From Chrysomallon squamiferum (taxonomy: Eukaryota; Animalia; Mollusca), in contig CM022675.1 of the NCBI GenBank assembly GCA_012295275.1, positions 9,238,001 through 9,302,000 of the forward strand: 64,000 nucleotides of DNA, given 5' to 3'. The notes beneath the pieces are model-generated. The model was not told the DNA's origin, ran no database searches, and saw nothing but the letters and a program-made list of their open reading frames with translations. Made by a program: the position numbers and the translations under genes. Shown here one piece after another: positions 57,466 to 64,000 of this stretch (position 1 is the first letter of the stretch; each line of letters begins with the position of its first letter).

Positions 57466-58720
57466 TAAAAGTTATGAATTAATTTTTTGATGATAAATAA
57501 AAATTTGCCTTCTATGAAACAGAGACATTTATTTATTTGTTTAATTTTTTCATTTTTTAAAAATATTTATTTATACATTTTGAATCTCTATTTATTTATT
57601 TTTTATTTATTTGTAAATTACTTTCATTCTTTCTTTATATTTATTCATTTAATTCAAATAATAATAATTTCATTTAAATTATTTTCACTGATAAAACGTC
57701 AAATGTCAAGATATTGGCAGACAAAGAGGCCAATGATTTTAGTAAAACAACAGAATTAAAAAGTGTCACATTAACAAGTTAACATATTAATACCTTGTTC
57801 AGATGTCATTTTTTATATGTCTTTTTTTTTTTTTTAGGCCAAACCAAAAAAATAAATTTGTTTATAGCCTTTTTAAAATTTAATTTTATTTAATTAAATT
57901 TCTTCTTTCTTTTAAATTGGACAAATCAGAAAGTTTCTTCTTCTTGTTCTTCTTATTATTATTTTACTTTGGGTGAATCAAACATAAATAAATAAATAAA
58001 TAAAAAAGGGGAATAGATCCAAGTTTTCTGCAGGAAAAAGCCAGGGGAAAGATATAAATATTTACTAGCAAATTAAATTTAAACTTATACATGTAGTCAT
58101 TTTTTTTTTTTTTTTATTAATACAAATAATATCAATTTTTAAATTACTTTTTTTTTTTTTTATTGAAAGTTATTCATATAAATAAGATATATATATAAAT
58201 AATAATAATTAAGAACCAGATTTTATTTTAAATGATGAACGTTAAATCTATATTTATATTTATAAAGAGTCAAGAACAAGTCACACACACACACACACAC
58301 ACATGTATATATATAAATAAGTTGAAGTTCTCAGTTTGTATAGACCAAAGACAAGTGTATATTCTGTTTTAAATTATCAATAAAAGGTCTTGATTCCAGT
58401 TTATAACGAACCAATAGCAAGCATTGGTTAACATAATGAGCTAACAGCAAGTGTATATTTCCAATTTATAAAGCGCCAATAGCAAAGTCTAGATTTACAT
58501 TGGATAAAAAGTCTAGTAGCAAGTCTATATGTGTGATACAGCCAGCCAGGAGCAAGTCTAGGTCTCAGTGTTGTCTAACACAGGTACATCAATTACCCAT
58601 GCTATCAGTGTTTGTGTGTCTGGGAATTCCTCGCCAGCTACCGATTTTCTCCTGCGACATCTCCATCACAGCATGCAAAAACATGGTACCTCTTAAAGAC
58701 TGGAGTCGCCTGTCCCAGCT

Positions 58721-58734
58721 GTTACCATAGAAAC
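58721..58734. promoter_or_regulatory. RFX X-box GTTACCATAGAAAC
   Basis: Fits GTTNCCATRGNAAC; sits at an island edge just before an A-tract. Confidence 0.55.
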
Positions 58735-59025
58735 CATCCAAAAAAAAAAAAAAAAAAAAAAAATTCGTGGCAGGGTGTTGTGTAGGAGAACAGAGAAACC
58801 ATTTTTTTTTGTTTGTTTTTTATTTTTTTATTTATTTTTTTTTAGTTAGAAAAATGGAAATGATTTAATGCTTGTTGGAAATGCAGTCATTTTGTGTTGT
58901 GGAATTTAAAGAGCAAAATGCGAGCAGAGAGAGACAGTGCCATCTACTTAATTGATTAGTAGGGATATTTTAGTAAAAGCCTCATTTTGGTAATTGAAGG
59001 TCTGATGTGCAGGAGAGAGAGAGAG

Positions 59026-59429
59026 AGCAAACAAGTCCATACACTGGTTGTTACAAACTATGGATTCAGTTTCAGACTGGAAATTTAGAATAAAAAAAAT
59101 AAAAAAAATAATAAAATAAAAAAATAATAATAAAAATAAAAAAATAAATAATGAAAGAAACAAATAATAACCAGAGCAAAACAGTCCAGTCCAGACACTG
59201 GCTTTAACAAAATATGGATTCAGTTTCAAACTTGAAACTTAGAATAAAAAAAAAAAAATAAAAATAAAAATAAAAACATAATAATAAAAAATAGAAATAA
59301 ATAAATAAATAAACAAATAACGAAAGCAAACAAAGTCCAGACACTGGTTGTAACAAAATGTGGATTTGATTTGAGACCAGAAACTTAAAAAAAAACAACA
59401 ACACATAAATAAATAAATAAATAAAAATA

Positions 59430-59469
<40 letters not shown>

Positions 59470-59545
59470 AATAATAAAAGAAAGCAAACAAATCCAACCA
59501 CTGGTTGTAACAAAATAAGGATTTGGATTGAGACTTGAAACTTCA
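59026..59545. repeat. Four-unit tandem repeat: ~60-bp core plus A-rich spacer, period ~150 bp
   Basis: AGCAAA..AGTCCA.ACACTGG.T.TAACAAA.T..GGATT..GA.ACT.GAAA.TT at 59026, 59175, 59325 and 59483. Confidence 0.9.
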
Positions 59546-59816
59546 AAAAAAAAAAATGAAAAAACAATAAAGAAAATGAAATGAAAATAACGAAAAAAAA
59601 AAAAAAAACCAATATGAAAATGAAAAGAAAATAAAGTTTGATTGATTATTGTTAGTATTAAAGGTTAATACTTTTTAAATAGAAATTTGTAGAATACATT
59701 TATAAAGTCAATAAAAATAATGTGTTTTTAATATTGAGACTAGTAGTTTTTCATAGTTCAAATTGTTAAATTCTTAGATAAATGATAACTTATGCAGTTG
59801 TGTGTGTGTGTATGTG

Positions 59817-59863
<47 letters not shown>

Positions 59864-60184
59864 ATAAAATGTCCCAGGGTAAAAATATTGATTTATGTGG
59901 TGACCATTTTTATTATTTCCAACTGATGTTTATTGGCATTTCAGAAATAGATGAGATTTTTGTGTGTATGTTTGTGTGTGTGTTAATTATTTTTTGATCA
60001 TTTTATATATAAATACATAAAATGATAAACATAATTAGCTGTTATGCAGTATTTTTGTGGATATACATTTAATCTCTCTCTCTCTTTCTCTCTCTCTTTC
60101 TTTCTCTCCCAGCATGTTAGTGTCTGTGAAATTAATTTTAAAACTCATAAAAAGAAAATATTTAAATACATGTTCAGGCACATG

Positions 60185-60215
<31 letters not shown>

Positions 60216-61857
60216 ATTTAATAATGTTCTGAAAATTCACAGGATGTTTTTATTATTATTACTAGTTTTTATACTAAATATGCGTCTACAATAATGATGA
60301 TAAAGAACATTAAAATTTCTGCGACAAAGTCTTCTGCACTGGGAAGGAAGCCTGAGAACAGACATGTCAGCTTGTTCCCACTAACCCTTTCCTCACTGTA
60401 CCTTTTTCTACACTGTCTCTCTCTGTATTCACCAACTGGAGCTTGCTTATATAGACTCAATGAGCAAACCAGACTCAAAGTTTGTAAGATCTTGTAACCA
60501 AAGACACCCCAGAAAAGGTGGGGGACATTTTTTTTTTTATAATTTTTTTTTTTTTTTTTTTTAAATTCCTGGAACTCTACGAGCTCGGGTTTCAAAAGAG
60601 GCATTTCTGCAGACTCTCTGGCGCCATTTTTTACCTTGACTCATAACAAATACCTTTTGGAATGTCCTCTGCTAGTGATAACTTTGACATTTGTTCCCAC
60701 CAGTCTGTGAAAATGTGGCTTCTGGCTGTGTGGGGTGGGTCAGTGTGTGTGTGTGTGATTGAAGCTACTGTATTTTCATTACTGACACTTTTTAATAGCT
60801 GCTGTTTTTGTCAGCCACCAAGTCACATGTGCTAGATTGTGAATTTTTTTTTCTGTCTCTTTCTGTTTTGTTTTTACTCTTTCTTACTATCTCATGCTTT
60901 ATTCTTTAAATCTGTTGTTATTTATTCATTCTCTCTCTCTCTCGGTTTTTATTTTCTTTGAGTCTTTATTCTTTCTTATTTGAAGTATTTCTTATTCTTC
61001 ATTCTTTTTTCTATCTCTCATTCTATATTGTTTCTTTCTTTCTTTCTCATTCTTTATTCTCTCTTTCTGCTTCATTTTTGTTTTTTCTTATTCTTTATTC
61101 TTTCTGTTTCATTTTTTTTTCTATCTCATTCTTTAATCTATCTGTATTGCTAATTCTTTATTGTTTTATTCTCATTCTTTTTTTTCCATTTTTTTTCTTT
61201 CTCTTTCTTGTTCTATTTTTTCCATTTTTTTTCCTTTTTTTTTCCTTTTTATTCTTTTTCTTTTTCTTTCTGTTATGTATCACTAGCTCTCAATTTTTAT
61301 TTGTTTTATTCTTTATTTTCTTGATTCTTTGTCTTTTTCTCAAACTGCATCTTTCTTAGAAGCAGTATATCTTTGTTTGTTTCTTTTATTTTGTTTTTGT
61401 TCCAGTTCTTTTTTGCATTTTTCTTTCTTTTCTTCATGATGCAACTAATGTATCAGCCATTTATTCCCAGTTCTGTTTAAAATAATAATAAAACAACATA
61501 AATACAATAAGATATTTGTAAACTGGGATTATTATCTTGGTTTCTGGGAAACATTAGTAATATGTATAATTATAATACTAACATAACTAAGACATTTAGT
61601 ATATTTTATAAAACTACAACAACAATGAAAATGTCTGGCTTAAATATATATATATATATTTATATAAAATTATAATAAAATAATTTTTTTTAAATTCAGT
61701 AAATGTTATTTAACAAAAGAACTTTCTATCAAATAATTAATGTTATTGCAAAATTAAAATAAAAAAAATAAATGTTTTCATCTGAATATTTTAATGTTAC
61801 CAGATATTTATTTATTTACATCCTAATAAATTAATAATTACTTCTTTTTTAAATCCC

Positions 61858-61888
<31 letters not shown>

Positions 61889-62810
61889 GTAATAATAATA
61901 ATAATAATAATTATAATAAAGTGAGTAGATAAATAAATAAATAAATAGAATAGTAATAATAATAATAGTAATAATGAAAATAAAAATAATAACATATTAT
62001 TTTGAAACAAAAACTAAAATTAAAAGGAAAAATTATCATTATTATTTTTTTAAAGAAAGAAGAAACAAGAAAAAGATTTAATTATTTATGATATAATAAT
62101 ATTATTTAATAAAAAGAACTTTAACTGAATTTATTAAAATACATCTGTGAACATTTAAATAAATATATAAATAAATTAAAAAAAATTAGGAGGGACTTAG
62201 TAATTTATCTCATTTAACAATCTTATTTAATTAAATAATAACAAAAAAACAAAAAAACTAATATTTCAGAATTTGTGTATCAACATTTAAAAAAAAAAAA
62301 AAAGAAAAAAAAGAAAAGAGTTAGAGAAGAAAAATAAAAGTTTGTCAATTCATGTCAACAAAAAAAAAAAAAAAAAAAAAAATGTAGTAAAATAAAAGTT
62401 TTGTTGAAATTCATATGTCAACATAGAAAAAGAAAAGAGTCTAATTTTCTTCACAATCTTCGTGAATACAGACTAAATTGTGAGTGCAGACGTGAATAAG
62501 ATAAAATGTGAACAGGAAGAGAGGAGAATTCTGGAATGGGTCGCGTGTGTCATAATTCCACCATTTTGGTGCTACTAATCACAGGCCAGGAAACAAAAGG
62601 TACTCTGACAGGGTGGGGTGGGGGGGGCAGCAGAGCACACAGCTCCCATGAATCATCTCTGAGTTAATTTCTTGAGAGGCATGTTGAATTAGTTGCCATT
62701 GTCAAGTCAAGCTCATTTTCTTCTTCTTCGTAGTCGTCGTCTTCTTCTTCTTCTTCTTCATCGTTTTTCTTTTCTTCCCTGCCACCTCTGTTCATATCTC
62801 ATGAAATTTT

Positions 62811-62858
<48 letters not shown>

Positions 62859-62859
62859 T

Positions 62860-63175
62860 TTATCCATAGCAACCGATTACTACACAAACAATACAAGGCT
62901 TTGTGGCACGTGTGTGTGTCTCTATTGTTACGGGGTTGTTCTCTTGTCTCTCTCGTCTCTCTCTCTTGCCTGTCTCAGAATGACTCGTCCCTCAGCCCAA
63001 TCGTACCCTCCACTCGCACGCAGTCGCCCCAAAATGGCAGCCGGATTGATCCGAAATTGTTTTCCATAATTTTTCGCCTGTTTGTTTTTCCGAGACTCGT
63101 GTTGACTCAGTTTTGACGATGTTCTGTCACATCCATCACGAGTCGAGGATGATGTTATTAGTCATTGTCGATGAG
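62860..63175. promoter_or_regulatory. CpG-rich promoter/enhancer-like patch
   Basis: About 17 CpGs. CCATAGCAAC (RFX half-site), GGCACGTG (62905), CAAAATGGCAGC (63030), TGACTCA (63103) and two CACGAG-type N-boxes. Confidence 0.5.
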
Positions 63176-63600
63176 ATAAAGAAATAAAAATGGTGTTTTA
63201 TAGTAATGAAACCCGACTGTACACTGGTTTGTTAAAGATAAAGTTTTTGTGTGTTGAAGGAAGATATTTTTTTTTTTCTTCTGCGTATTGATCTTTCATA
63301 CTTGCAAGTCTTATGTTTGTATTTGTTGTTAATAAATTAATTTTTTTTGTTTTTTCATTCACATTATTATTTTTTTTTTTGTTGTTATTATGAATTTGTT
63401 ATTAATATTTATTAAAATGTCTAATTAATATTTTAATGGTGAAATTTAAAAAAAAATTATTTTCTAAAATAGCATTGGTATGTTGTTATTGCTGTTCTTT
63501 TTGTTCTTGTTGTTCTCATTTCTTCTTCTTTTTCTTCTTCTTCTTCATCTTAATAAGATGAGCATCATATGCAGCAATAATTTCCTCATTCTTACTTTTT

Positions 63601-63945
63601 ACATCAAGAATCTCCCCCATTCTTCCCCTTCTCTAGATCAAGAACCTCCCCCAGTGTTACCCTTCTCTACATCAAGAATCTCCCCCCAGTGTTACCCTTC
63701 TCCACATCAAGAACCTCCCCCACTCTTTCCCTTCTTTACAACAAGAACCTCCCCCACTCTTCCCCTTCTCCACATCAAGAACCTCCCCTGTTACTCTTAC
63801 CCTTCTCTACACCAAGAACCTCCCCCCTCACTCTTTCCCTTCTCTACATCAATAACCTCCCCCCTCACTCTTCCCCTTCTCCACATCAAGAACCTCCCCC
63901 CTCACTCTTCCCCTCCTCCCTCCACCGCTGCACACATCAAGATAT
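63601..63945. repeat. C-rich minisatellite, 34-37 bp unit x9 plus a partial copy
   Basis: ACATCAAGAACCTCCCCC.CACTCTTCCCCTTCTC(T/C) at 63601, 63635, 63669, 63704, 63738, 63772, 63809, 63846, 63883. Confidence 0.95.
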
Positions 63946-64000
63946 CTCTGCTTACTCCCACCTTCTTTCTTGAGCATGTTTTATTAATTTAGATCTTGGA

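Noticed and set aside
63480-63992. Longest ORF (170 aa, Pro/Ser-rich with a hydrophobic N-terminus)
   Set aside because: It is the 34-37 bp minisatellite plus a (CTT)-rich leader. Unit lengths shift frame, so the peptide repeats change register.

Overview
This is a very AT-rich (roughly 25-30% GC by eye), microsatellite-laden, CpG-depleted animal window, most likely molluscan; one degraded repeat recalls a vent-gastropod family (from memory, unverified). I see no recognisable protein-coding gene, RNA gene, autonomous transposon or CRISPR array. Almost every listed ORF is translated simple repeat or random sequence. The window reads as a large intron or gene desert with about 50 higher-GC, complex islands of 200-500 bp, spaced roughly 1 kb apart. 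Most islands are polarised: A-rich/(CA)n/(AAT)n sequence on the left and T-rich/(TG)n/(ATT)n sequence on the right. The islands carry recurrent motifs: RFX X-boxes, CAGGTG/CAGGTA, TGACAG and PBX composites, YY1/Pho, multimeric nuclear-receptor sites and CTCF-like sites. CpG-rich promoter-like patches lie near 3.6, 26 and 63 kb. Also present are many local tandem repeats, a young 47-bp inverted repeat whose hairpin-free paralogue lies 3.4 kb away, and a few weak exon candidates. All counts are by eye and all functional calls are hypotheses.
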